Notes: generated by a model not told the origin, from the sequence alone. 62,619 nucleotides of DNA, filler included, from Vannella sp. (GCA_023345925.1; 7 parts of 7 records of this genome joined end to end with filler, not necessarily neighbours in it); one strand, 5' to 3'; counted from the first letter of the whole stretch, positions 1-12,072 are shown. Numbers and translations are program-made.

Positions 1-226
1 GATCCATCCTCCCGCGTTTGGCCTCTAAAGAAGCGAGTGATTCATCAGGCAGGACGGGATCTTTCCCACCTCGTTCAGCCTAAACTAATCACGTACATTA
101 GAAGGGAGGTGACAACGATCAGGTCCAGTTAAACGGACCGATTCGGCGTCACATGCCCGACACCTAATCGGGAATAAACCCCGATTGTTCCAAGAAATCA
201 TTCTTTCTTGAGAAGCCCGGCTTCTC

Positions 227-3200
227 ATGCCCAGCTCGAGCGATGATGACTTTGACGAGGTCGAAGATGCGGAAGAGATAAGTGGGAGCCTGCTGTTTGG
301 TGAGGAGGAGGAGGAGTCGCAGCAGAAGACGACGCAAAAGAAAGTGATGGAAGTTGAGAGTCAGAGCGGGGTGGAGAGCTGGACTAAGATAACAAAGTCA
401 GACATAGAGTCGGAACCACGGCAGCCACAACAGAGGAAAGAGCGCGTCTCTTCGCAAGATCTCTACTCCGCTCTCTCAAGGCTGAAGGCGCCCCGCTTGG
501 CTATCTCGAGAGAGGAGAGCTCGTTGGCTGACAAGATAGGACTCTCACCACGGTACTGCTCTCCCCCTGACAAAAATGGCCGCGACCGCCACCGAGCGAT
601 GTCCAACGTGAAGAACGAGTGCCCGGTGGAAGGACTGAAGAGCAGCTCTGCTAGAAGTCTTGAAGATAGCCCTCCTGATTCAGAGTCACGAGGATTCCTC
701 TTTTACCTTGAGAAAGAGGGCGAGGAAGGTGGGACGACCAGCAGGCGGGCATCCGCTCTCGCTAAGAACTGGACGAGCGTCGAGAGCGACGATACTATGG
801 AGTCAGAAGACGACCAAATAGCAAGTAAGATGATCAAGGACGTTGTGAAAGCGGGAGGGGACAGCTTGGATCTTTCCCTCCTCTCGATTTCCGGTTCCGT
901 TTGCATCCTCATCTCAACCGCGTTGGCTCCTCTCTCCGTGAAGAAGCTCTCTTTGAATGTCTCACAGATTGGGGACATTGGACTCGGCCGCATTGCTGAC
1001 ATGCTTTCCGTTGGAGCTTTGGAGACGCTCCGACTAAACGGACAGCAGCTGGAGAGCAGGCCTGGCTTCACAGAGTTCACATTCAAAGGTATACGCTCCT
1101 TAGCAGAAGGCTTCTCTGCAAGCAGTACTCTCAAGCACCTGGAGTTGCCCAACAACCGATTGAGTGGGGACCAACTCTCCCCTCTCCTCACCCTTCTGGA
1201 GAGCACCACAACTCTACACTCACTGGATCTATCTGGAAACAACCTAGATGGTAGCTTTGCGGAAGATCTCGCGCTCACTTTAGAGAGCAACCCATCTCTG
1301 ACCAAGATCAGGCTGAACGAGGCCAATCTGAGTGCAGAGAACGCACTTACGATCTTAGGTGCTTTAGGATTCAATCGACGGCTCCGCCAGATAGTTATAG
1401 AGACAGGGAGCCTCCTAACCCCGAAGCAAATGAGCGCGATTTGCGATCTTGTCCAACACAACGGGATGATTACTGAGTTGATCTTGCTTTACAACGACTC
1501 TGAGATAGCAGAGAATCTCCGACGCAAGCTCAATGTAGCTCTCGAAGCGAACTTGGCAGAGACTAAGAAGCCAGTGATCTCTACGCGCACACAAAGTACA
1601 GCATCGGGGGAGATAAGGCGATTGGACTTCTCTGGATGTGACTTGAAAGAGTTTGCTTGGAACTTTGATTACACGCTCCTCTCAGAACTACTTTTGGGGA
1701 ACAACCAATTGACTGAGATCTTCTACAAACTGAATTTGATGAAGAACCTTCAGATTCTGCATCTCCAACATAACCAACTCGAAGTGTTACCCAGTGAAGT
1801 GGGCGGTTGTATGGCACTTCAGGTGTTAAACGTATCTCATAATCGGCTGACGGAGTTGCCGAGCTCCCTGGGATCTTTGGGAGCTCTCCAAATTCTTCAT
1901 GTTTCTCATAACCAACTGACCCAGCTCCCTACCTCCCTACAAAGTCTGACAAAGCTCAGAATACTGAATGCGGACTCCAATCTGCTAGAAGAGTTTCCTA
2001 ACATCACGCTTGGAGCCCTCGAATCATTGGATCTTGACAGTAATAAGCTCTCTACTTTGCCTTCGACTTTTGGTGCCATGAAGGTCCTACGAGCCGTGTA
2101 TTTGCGCAAGAATCAATTCAGAGAGCTTCCGATCTGTATTGGAAAGCTCGAACGGCTGAGCAATCTTGAGATAGGAGGCAATAGGATAACAAACGTCCCT
2201 ACTCAGATCATGAACAAAGGTACAAGGGCCATTGTTGCCCACTTGCAAGTCCCCGAAGGAAGTACAAATCTTGTCTCCGCTGCCAAATTGATCTTCTTGG
2301 GACCTACCGAAAGCGACCACCGCGGATTGATTGAGTCTCTTTTCGAAGAGAAAGAGTCCCTCTCGGCAGCGCTCCAGTCTTGGAAAAAGAAAGCCACCAA
2401 GAAGAAGGATGAGCCACGAGAAGAGCAAGGCGACCGGCCACCACATTCCTTGCGAGTGTGCGACTATATTTACGATGACATCACCTTCAATACCTGGGAC
2501 TTTTCTGGGGATTCTACTGTGACACAGGCAACCTTCCAGTTCTTTAGTTCAAAGAACTCGATGTATATTATCCCATTCTCAGTTACCTCTGATGACTCTG
2601 TTCTGGACAGTTGGATTAATTCTGTAGCCGGTCACGCCGTCAAGAGCCCAATCATGCTCATTGCCATAGATGTGGATGACAAGTCTCTTTCAAAGGACTA
2701 TACGACAGAACTGCTCATCTGTTTGCATAACCGATACCGCGAGAGATTCCCTAACATCATTGCCTACATGCGTGGTAACTTAAAGAGCAAGAAGTCTACC
2801 AAAGAGATCCGCTCTCAGATTTGCCAAATTGTTCGCCAGCGTGGGTTTACCGAGCATTGCGTTCCCGTCTCCTATTCTAGTTTGCTTAAGAAGATTGAGT
2901 CTTTCAAGGAGTATACGCGCACTAACCAGCAGTTGCCTTTGATCACTATCCGCAACTTGGCGAGCATGGGCAAAACCATCAGTATGAACGCTCAACAGAC
3001 CCGGGATGCAGCCTCACACTTTCATGATGTTGGCAAGATGACTGTTGTTGAGGGCACTAACGAGCCTCAACTTGGAGACACTGTCTTTTTAGATCCGCAC
3101 TGGGTCGTTGAGGCGTTCGTCCAAATGCTCAAGTACAAATCAATCCTCATCCCTGAAGGGAGATTACTTTCTCGGGACTTGACGACTATTTGGACTGACC

Positions 3201-5972
3201 CAACGTATCCCGTTCCCTATCATGGGCTGCTGCTGGCTCTTTTCCAAGAGTTCAAGCTTGTCCTTCCCCTACCTATCAAGGAAAAGTCGCTGCAGTCGTA
3301 TATTGTTCCTGCCTTCTTAGCCCAGGAGCGACCTGAGCGTGTTATTGCAAGCTGGCCACCTTTTGAAGACAATCTCCGAAGCACCAGCCGTATCTGGGAA
3401 CTTGCTGACTTGCCACCAAGCTTCTTCCCTCGCCTCATCTCAAGGATTTCTCATCTTCCTGTTGAGTTGCCTGTGGTATGGCGGACTGGTCTCCTCCTCC
3501 GAAGTGGTGACATAACCAAAGCGCTCATTGAGTACAATCCATCTCTATTCCGCCTTAAGATGACCGTACGAATGCAAACAGGGTGTATGGACAACCTCGG
3601 GCAACTTCTAATTGGTACTATCAGCGGCTTGATTGAGGGTTGGTACGCAAAGCATCTTAAAAGCGTCCAGCTTCCTTGCTTCCACTGCATTTTGGAGCAC
3701 AGTTTTGATCCTTTCATCTTCTCTTTGAGTGATTGCGAACTCTGCGCGGCTCGTGGAAAGCGATATGCTCTATGCAGAGGAATTAGGCCAGTCTTGATCG
3801 AGTTACTAGCTCCAGATGTTGCCATGGCTGACGTAGAACATCTAGTCCGAGCTGATATTCAACTCAAAAATGAACTGGGTGAGGGGTCTTTCGCGCGAGT
3901 CTACCGAGGAGATTACCAAGGACAAGAGGTCGCCGTCAAAGTGATCAAGATGGAAAGCGAGTTGTCAGAAACTGTGGAGTCAGACGACCAATTGCGGGAA
4001 CGCTTTGTTGAGTTCCGGCGAGAGGTTTCACTCATGAGCGGATTGGACCACTTAAACCTAGTCGAGCTTAAAGGTCTTTGCGTTGATGCCTCTGAGATGC
4101 TCATGGTGACAGAGTTCCTTGCCTACGGCGATTTATACAACTTCCTCCACAACCCTGAGCAGGACATCCCTTGGCCAATGAGTTTGAGGATCTCCTTGGA
4201 TGTTGCAAAAGGCATGAAATTCCTTCACACAACAACGCCACCCATTATTCATCGGGACCTTAAGACTCCGAACATTCTCATGGCATCTGACAATCCAAGT
4301 GCGAGAGTGGTCGCAAAGGTTGCTGACTTTGGGTTAAGCTCTACTCTTGTCCACTCCGCAGCTGGCCGAGACGTCTTCAATCCCACATGGCTGGCACCAG
4401 AAGTGATGGTTCCTGGAGCAGAGTACTCAGAGAAGGCTGACATCTATTCTTTTGGCATTATCTTATGGGAGCTCTGTACTCGCGAAGTTCCCTTTGATGA
4501 GTTCCAAATCTCATTCTCAGCAGAATTAGAAAACCAAATCATCCACAAGAACCTTCGCCCGACCATTCCCGAGAGTGTGCCAAGGCCATATGCCAAACTG
4601 ATAGAACTCTGTTGGCATGCAGAACCTTTGAAGCGCCCCACTTTCACCAAAATCGTTGACGTGCTGAAAGAGATGCAAGAGAGCGCAATCCCTTTCCTTC
4701 CTGGAAGAGTCCCGAGTGATCTCAGGCCCGAACAATCTGGGAAGAATTCTGGCCCTCATAGTAGCCCGAACACCCCAAAAGTTAATATTGACCAAGAGAT
4801 GACTTCTTGCATGGCAGTTTCGCACATGACCCTCTCCCCTGCTCACGGAGGGTCTGTTAAGTGCATGACTGTAATTAAAGATCATGTCTGGGTAGGTGGC
4901 GGAGACGGAACCATCAGTATTTGGTCAGCATCTACCAAACAACTGATCCAAGAGCTTTTGGCACACCAAGATGGCTCAAAACCCTCCCCCATCAATAATA
5001 TTGTCGTCGTTGACGAACAGGTGTGGGCCTCTCAAGATACAGGCTTGCTCATATGGTCATTACGATCCTTTGAATTAGTCAAAAGGCTAAAGGGCCAGTC
5101 CTATGGCGCGCTTCTCCCAGTTGAAAAGAATATTTGGTGCTCTACCATCGAAGCTCCCAACGCTATTCACTTGCGGTCCAAAGAAGTAAGTCCCAGATTG
5201 GCGTTTCCTGTGATATGGCAAAGACTAATGCAAGTATTTACAGAGCTTAAAGAAGATCAAGAAGACCATCCCATTGGGAGAGGCTCCGGGAGGTTGTATG
5301 TTAGAAGTGGACAAAACAGTGTGGATTGGAACATTCCAGACTATTCACGTCCACAACGCCAAGGACGCCGCCAAGATTGAAGAATACGGAGGGCACAAGG
5401 GAATGATTCACGATCTCATCCGCCACGGCGATCATATTTGGAGCTGCTCGAGTGACAAGACAATCCGTGTTTGGACAAAAGAGGGTTCTTGTGTCCAGCT
5501 GCTAGAGGGTCATGGAAGCCGCGTTTTCCAACTCCTCAGCCACTCGAACAAAGTGTGGAGTTGTTCGTGGGACAAAACCATTATGGTTTGGGATCCCGAG
5601 AACCTCTGCTTCCTCCAAGAGTTGACCCGTATTCACGACGATGCCATCAGCTCCTTAGTCAGTGTCAATACGAAGCGGCCAGAGGTTTGGAGTGGATCCT
5701 GGGACAAGACAGTTTGTGTGATTCAAGAAGCTGGTTCCTCCAATTGCCAAGACACTTCTTTCAGTGAGCCCAGAGAAGACTTGGATGACACCCCAGACGA
5801 GGAGCAAGTAGAAGGTCTCTCAAGCAACGACTCAGACTCGCTTTTACGAACTATCTCCGTCCAATCTATCCTCTCCAAGAAGAAGCGCGGAGGGCGGATC
5901 AGCTCTCGTCTCTCCAACTTCCTCCCCAACAAGCGGATCCCCACCAACCTCGGCTCCTCACAAGATTTGTAA
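227..5972 (+). CDS. Roco family protein kinase (RNI-like LRR, LRR, Roc, COR, TKL kinase, WD40); LRRK2/Pats1-like
   Basis: 1717-aa ORF joined to the 5274..5972 ORF by a GT-AG intron at 5186-5243 (GTAAGT...ACTAAT...TACAG), giving RSKE|SLKKIKK. LRRs, Roc WDFSG and TFQFF, COR FLDPHW and FFPRLISR, kinase GEGSFA/VAVK/HRDLKTPN/DFG/WLAPE, C-terminal WD40 (WSCSSDKTIRVW). Confidence 0.93.
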
Positions 5973-6042
5973 GACTAAATCCCTTTGTAAGAGCCCCAGG
6001 GCCAGCTCCCTGTTCATTCGTTTGTCCCCTTTCGAGGAGGGA

Positions 6043-6852
6043 ATGGTGCGGAGCATCGTACTGCTGCTGGCCTTGGCTTTGTGGGTGGGTGCAAGCGACT
6101 TTATCATGCAGCAAGCAAGTGTGACGAACTCAACAGGTCCGGATCTCACCTACAAGACCGCCGCGAGGAGGTACAACGGCTTCTTGACGCGTGCTTTCTA
6201 CTCTTGGACCGCTAACCCGATTGCGCACTTTGCTGTTCTCTATCCTGAGTCAGCTAGTGACCCTTCTCTTTGCCAAGGCTACTTACAACCCTCTGAGCGA
6301 GCAGCAGAAGCAGGATGCATCTTCGCAACGAACGGAGGTCCGTTCTCCCCCAACCAGCCACCCAACGGAGCCTCCTGTCTCGGTAACATAGTCTCCAATG
6401 GTGCTGTGGTCCAGCTACAGAGCATCTCCCATCCCAGCTTCGGCTTAACGAAGAACGGAAGCTTCGCGATGGGATTCCTTGAAGCCTCTGACATCGAAGA
6501 GCTCGGCTTTGAACAGCTTCTGAGCGGGATGAGCTGGCTCGTTCGTGAAGGGACGAATCAAGTGACCAGTGCGGGTGGGCAAATAGCGCCTCGGACAGCG
6601 ATGGGGACCAACCGAAGCGGGAGCTTGATTCTGTTTGTGGCCGATGGCGTTGAAGACAAGGACAAAGGATTGACTTTGCAGCAAGCAGCCGACTGGTTAA
6701 TCGATCTTGGTGTGTATTCTGCCATCAATATGGACGGGGGAGGGAGCAGTGTGGCCGTGCTGAATGGGACTATCATCGATCATCCCACTTGCGATGATTC
6801 CCCCACTAAATGTGAAAGGCCGGTCACCACCATGACGTGCGTTTTGCCTTGA
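6043..6852 (+). CDS. NAGPA: Secreted phosphodiester glycosidase (NAGPA/uncovering enzyme, DUF2233 family)
   Basis: Signal peptide MVRSIVLLLALALWVGA; motifs ATNGGPF, CLGNIVSNG, APRTAMG, AINMDGGGSS, CERPVTTMTCV; intronless; no C-terminal TM. Confidence 0.85.
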   Translation: MVRSIVLLLALALWVGASDFIMQQASVTNSTGPDLTYKTAARRYNGFLTRAFYSWTANPIAHFAVLYPESASDPSLCQGYLQPSERAAEAGCIFATNGGPFSPNQPPNGASCLGNIVSNGAVVQLQSISHPSFGLTKNGSFAMGFLEASDIEELGFEQLLSGMSWLVREGTNQVTSAGGQIAPRTAMGTNRSGSLILFVADGVEDKDKGLTLQQAADWLIDLGVYSAINMDGGGSSVAVLNGTIIDHPTCDDSPTKCERPVTTMTCVLP

Positions 6853-7203
6853 GATTCAATACATTCACCAACACCGTCACAAATGAAGAGAAAATCCTTC
6901 TCTTCTCCCTGAGAAGGGGAAGGAGTTCTATTCCAGCTGCTTGGCAATGTTAACCACTTGTACACGAGAAGTTCGCTGCCCACTCAGTGTTTCTCAAACA
7001 TTCAGCGCAGTCGAGAGGGGATGTGTCCAAATTAGGGCTGAAGGGGAAGAGATCTTTTCAGTTCGTTGAAGGCCGGTTGACAGAGCCAGCGGGCGGGTGG
7101 TTTGTGAATGGAATAGATGTAATCGTTTCTCATCCTCCAAGGCTTGTACGCGCTGATGACTCAACTCAATGCTGTTCGCCACTGAATCTTCTTTTTTCGA
7201 TGG

Positions 7204-7257
7204 GATTTAATAATTGTGTCGTTATTATACTCATGATAACGACACAATTATTAAATC
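7204..7257. repeat. Perfect 22-bp inverted repeat with 10-nt spacer
   Basis: GATTTAATAATTGTGTCGTTAT (7204-7225) is the exact reverse complement of ATAACGACACAATTATTAAATC (7236-7257). Confidence 0.97.
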
Positions 7258-7306
7258 GAGATGTTGGTGACTTTGTTTTGTCGGTTGCACGGTCGGGGGC
7301 TCTTCC

Positions 7307-9934
7307 ATGGCTGGTGAAGAGGAAGGGACTTTGGAGAGCAGACCGGAGCTCCTTACTGGAAGTGATAATATCCCCGTGGAGGAGAGTAGTGAGAGCACAA
7401 TGAGAGTAGAGAAGGAAGCAAGCGACAGTGGAGAGAACCCTCCCTCTCGATCGCCCCGCAAGTTGGTGGCTTCTCTCCGCAAGCTCTCTCGGAAGCGGAG
7501 ACCGGGGACAGCAGAAGATGAATCTACCGATGAGGAAGCAAAGCCTAAACCCAAACGGCGACGCTCACGTCGGAGATCCAAGAGAGAGGAGGATCCGAAT
7601 GGAAGAAGCCACTTTTTCGCCAAGCGGAGCAAGTCCGCGTCTCGCGTTACCGAAGCTACACAGAGTGAAGTGATACATTCGCCTATCACACCTCTTGATG
7701 GTCTCAGTAGCCCACGAGAGTCGAACGGACTCCCTCCCGCTCTTTCAGACGGCAGCTTGTCGCAAAGAGGCTTACGCTCGTCTATCAGAGGTATCATAGG
7801 ACAACGTGGAAGACGACAGAGCTCCTCCAAAGTGTTGGTGGAAGGAGCTGCAGCCAGCAACCCTCCTGGTTCTTTGAGTTTAGGGCATGGGGAGATCGTT
7901 CCTGTGAGTCCGAAGAAGGAGGATCCTGATAGCATCAAGCAACCAGCCCCACTCATTCGATTACGGAAGACGCCGTCGCTGGGACACGTGAGCGATGCCG
8001 GTCCGTTGGAAAATGGAGCAGGAACTGCCGGAAGGTCGACAACGATGTGTACGTATGATCAAACATCTTCAACATTGTAACTTACACCCCCTGGACAGTC
8101 CAAACGCCGACGTTATCACGAGGATACACCGTTTTGGGAGCGAGGAAGCAAGGAATCTTCTCTCAGCACTTCCTCCTGAAGAACGTTGTGTATCCTGATG
8201 GTGTTACTCGTAACTCTGCAGTACGTGGTACACTTGTGGATGTAGTAGAGTGGATAAGCTACTTCCCATCTTCCAATATCATTCGTTATGCTCTTCTCTG
8301 TTATCGACTCTGTGCCGAGCCAATGGACTTGTATGAAGCCTTTATGGAACTTTTCCACCAGTACCAGGAGCAGTTTAAGATCTCTGAGACCTTCCTGGAA
8401 CGCTGCTACGTCTTCGTAGTCCAATGGATTCTCCTTTGGGGTGGTCAAGACTTCACTCCTGACCTCAGGACGGTTATCATGGCGTTCTCTGAATCAGTGT
8501 TTAAAGACTTTCGGTCTGGTACAGCTATTGAGCACATTCAGGGACTTTTGGCGGCAGACCAAGTCCTCCAATCCTATCCCGGAGACTCTTCCGACTTAGA
8601 GAAGCTGGAGGATGACGAAGTGGCGCTCTCTTCGAGGTCAAAGAGGAAACGGATCTCCCGGGTGATAACCCTGCCTTTGGCCATGCTCTCTCCAAGAGAG
8701 CCAGCACCAGCTGACTTGGGCCTTCTGGAAGTCAGTTCAGAGATCCTTTGTTCGCACCTTTCTTGCATTGAAATGGACTTCTTCCGCTCCGTCAAGGTGA
8801 CTGAGTTCCTTCGGAACAACTGGCTCAAGTCAAATAGGAGTATTGTTGCCCCAAGCCTTTCCCATCTTTCAGACCACTTCAACAAAGTCTCTCTTTGGGT
8901 AGCTTCTTTAGTGCTCCATGCCAAGACGATGAAGCTGAAGATTCGCCTTCTTGCCAAGTTCCTGCGAATGGTCAAAGTAAGAAGCTCTCTAACTTCCTCC
9001 TTCAACCGAAAATAACATCGAGAAGCGACTTGTGTTGATCCGGAATTATTCAACAGCTTGCCAAATAGTCACTGGAATGTCCCATTATACCATAACTCGC
9101 ATTAATGGACTGCATTCTGTAAGTCACTTGACATAACTACATCTACTAACCCTCGTCTCCCTCTCCCTCAGAGTTTGCCAGAAAAGCTGCAAACGCGCTT
9201 AGAAAAGTACAAACTCCTCTTTGATAACAGGCACAACTACAAGCGCTATCGTAAACTATCGCTTGAGCCTCCATGTATACCTCTTCTCCGTAAGTGGATT
9301 CTGTTTAAGTGCCGATGAGTACTGACACTTGCCCTCTCCAGCGGTCCACCTTCGAGACATCGCCACTATTCAAGAGAATCATTCCGACTTTTGTGAGGAA
9401 GAAGCTCTTGATCCAGACCGTTCGACAAGCAATCAATCTTCCCCTCCCAAACGCAAGCAAACGCAAACCCCTCTCACTGAAACTACCTCTTCCAGGCCAA
9501 AAGTGGATACTCCTTTGATAGAACGGCCTATCAATCTAGATAAGATGAATTCACTAGCCATGGGAATCTACAACTTGTACAATATGAAGAATAGCATGAA
9601 AAAGTACTCTTTTGACCAAGACGCTCCCTTTCGCGATCGATTGCTCAACTCCATTACAACTGCAATGGATGGAGATAGCTTATACGAAGCCTCCTTGGAA
9701 CTACAACCTCTCGAACAACGCACCAGTCCTCCAACAATCATCCGCCGAAGCAATAGTGACACTAATATCGTTTTGGCTCCTTCCATCGAACCAGAAGAAC
9801 CCCGCGCCTACTCCTCTCGATCTGCCACACTCACAGAACAGCGAAGTAACTACTCATTACCAAGCCTTTTCTCCCCCAAACTTTTCGATGACGGCGATGG
9901 AGACGTCGACCTTCCCGACCTCGACCAATTATAA
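7307..9934 (+). CDS. Ras guanine nucleotide exchange factor (disordered N-terminus, REM, CDC25)
   Basis: Introns 8049-8098, 8977-9022/9025, 9119-9171 and 9290-9341 give a continuous frame. CDC25 motifs HFNKVSLWV, RNYSTACQIV, HNYKRYR, PPCIPLLPVHLRDI, INLDKM. Confidence 0.88.
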
Positions 9935-10056
9935 GCTTTCCAAAACTGTAAATTATTACAATTACTGGCCATCAGAGGCCAATTTTCACTCCTCGATAAA
10001 AAGAATTTTCGACAGCCAATCACAGCGAAGTACGTGTCTTTCTTTGTCGGTCCCTG

Positions 10057-12072
10057 ATGGCGGACTTGCCAGCTGTCGTTAAGAAGGAGACAAACCAGCT
10101 GCGCAATAGAAAGACGAAAGCGCCTGCTCCTCCTGTTGAGGAGGAGGAGATTCTTGAGCTTCTTTCTTCTGAAGAGGACTCCTTCTGGTGAGTGAGCGGG
10201 TTCGTGTGCGGGCATGCGGTCTTACACCTTCTCTTTCAAGGAGTGAGATGCGTTGGGAGGTTATTTTAGTGGCTCTGCTTCTTACCCTTACTGTTGCTAA
10301 GCTCTACTACCGCTTGGAGACTCCCAGAGAGATTGTTTGGGATGAAACCCATTTTACCAAGTTCTCCGTCTGGTGCGTGTTCCTGTGCCTCCCACAGCGC
10401 TTACTCACTCCATTGTAGGTACTTTACAGGACACTACTTCGTGGATATCCACCCACCTCTCCCCAAGCTGCTAATGGCTGGGTTGATCTGGCTTTCGGAC
10501 TACCAGAAGCTGGACGAGTCCAACGTCAAATGGTGGACGGACAAAGGCTTTGTTGGGACTCAGGACTACCTTAACCTCTACAACCAAGATGCCTACTACT
10601 ACCTCCGCTTTGGTAGCTTGATAATGGGTACTATCCTTGTCCTGACCACTTACTTGCTCATGCGCTCGCTTGGCTGTCGCAAGGCCACATCTGCCTTCAC
10701 CACGTGGATGGTTATGACTGATCACTTGATCTCCGTCGACTCCCGGCTCATCCTCACGGATGTGTACCTTTGGACCTTCCACATGATGACGATTGCCGCC
10801 TCCATCACCGCTACTAGGGCTAAGGGAAAGCAGGCTACCATATTCTGGTACCTTACTACCGGGTTCTGCCTTGGCTGTGCTGTCAGCAGCAAGTACACTG
10901 CCTTTGGCACAATTGGCTTCGTGGGAGTGCATCAGATGGTCTTCATCATCTGCCAGCTCGTGCGCACCTGCAAGATCAACCTTAAGAAGGTTGGCAAGCG
11001 CCCTTCTTTCGAGTCTATCCTCTCCTACTACGTCCAAACTGCTGTTTATCGAGCTGTCATGATTCTGGGAGTTATGGCATTCGTTTTCTGTGCAGTTTGG
11101 ATGATTCACTTGCAAGTCTTACCTTACAGTGGTCAGGGAAATGGCTTTATGGATAACCGTTTCTCCTCCTCGCTGACCCCTTACTTTTCAGAAAAGGAGA
11201 AGGCGCAAGCTGCTTTGGGTGGATGCCCTAATCACGCAAATGCCTGGAAGGATTGCGGATTCCCCACTATCAACAAGACGCAGTGCCAGGCGCTGGACTG
11301 CTGTTGGGATCCAACAAGCAAAGACAAATGGTGCTATCACAAATCACAACAACCCGTTCCCCCTCCAGTGAAGTTGCCCTTCTTCGAGTCGCTGGGATAC
11401 ATGCTCCACGCCACTTGGTCCAACAACCAAGGAGAATCATTGAACTATCACCCACAGATGTCCCGTTGGTGGCAGTGGCCTCTTTTGACTTGCAAATTCG
11501 TTGACTTTGGCTTCGGTATCTATTCCATGGGCAACCCTGCCGTGTGGTGGCTCGTAGCGTTGATGATTGTTGTAATCTCTACCTACCTTATTGCATCCAC
11601 TCCTGCTCGCCTCTTCAGTCTCCTCATTCCAGCACCGCCCAAAAAGGCTGTGAAAAAGCCAAAAGGCGTCCCTGTTGTTGTAGTGGAGAAGGTCGAGACT
11701 GCCCAACCCGAAGAGGACATCACTGACTATGCTGGAAGCATCCCTGGTTGGTTGCTCTTAGTCGTCTTCCTGACAGGATACCTCGGCAACCTTCTGCCCT
11801 TCTACCGTATCGTTCGATCGACCTGGAACTACCACTACATGTTGGCTCTCCTTATTGGAATGATTCTGACCGGCTTCAGCTTTGATTACGCCATGAAACT
11901 CGCTGATCGCGCTGGCAAGAAGAAGTACACTTATCTCCTGTTGGCGACTTTGTTTGTCCTTGCCTCCCTTCAACTCGTGGCTTTCTGGTACTGGTCCCCT
12001 TGGATTTATGGGTTCAACATCAGTCCTGAGCAAAAGCTATCCTTGCGGTGGTACCACCTTTGGGGAATCTAA
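10057..12072 (+). CDS. Dolichyl-phosphate-mannose protein O-mannosyltransferase (PMT/POMT, GT39) with an inserted trefoil (P-type) domain
   Basis: Introns 10188-10240 and 10373-10418 give IVWDETHFTKFSVWYFTGHYFVDIHPPLPKLL (PMT loop-1 DE motif); also SRLILTD, SSKYT, SGQGNGFM, HPQMSRWWQWP, GNPAVWW, LPF..R..YHY; multiple TM helices. Confidence 0.9.

Noticed and set aside
703..1461. Long antisense or overlapping ORFs (also 7231-7956, 10471-11115, 22264-22971, 26570-27229, 28845-29684, 31814-32677, 60869-61555)
   Set aside because: They shadow well-supported genes and show no recognisable motifs; expected at this GC content.
5186..5380. Apparent frameshifts or split genes throughout the ORF track
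   Set aside because: Those I checked resolve with canonical GT-AG introns with branch points; no recoding or alternative genetic code is needed, and TAA, TAG and TGA all serve as stops.
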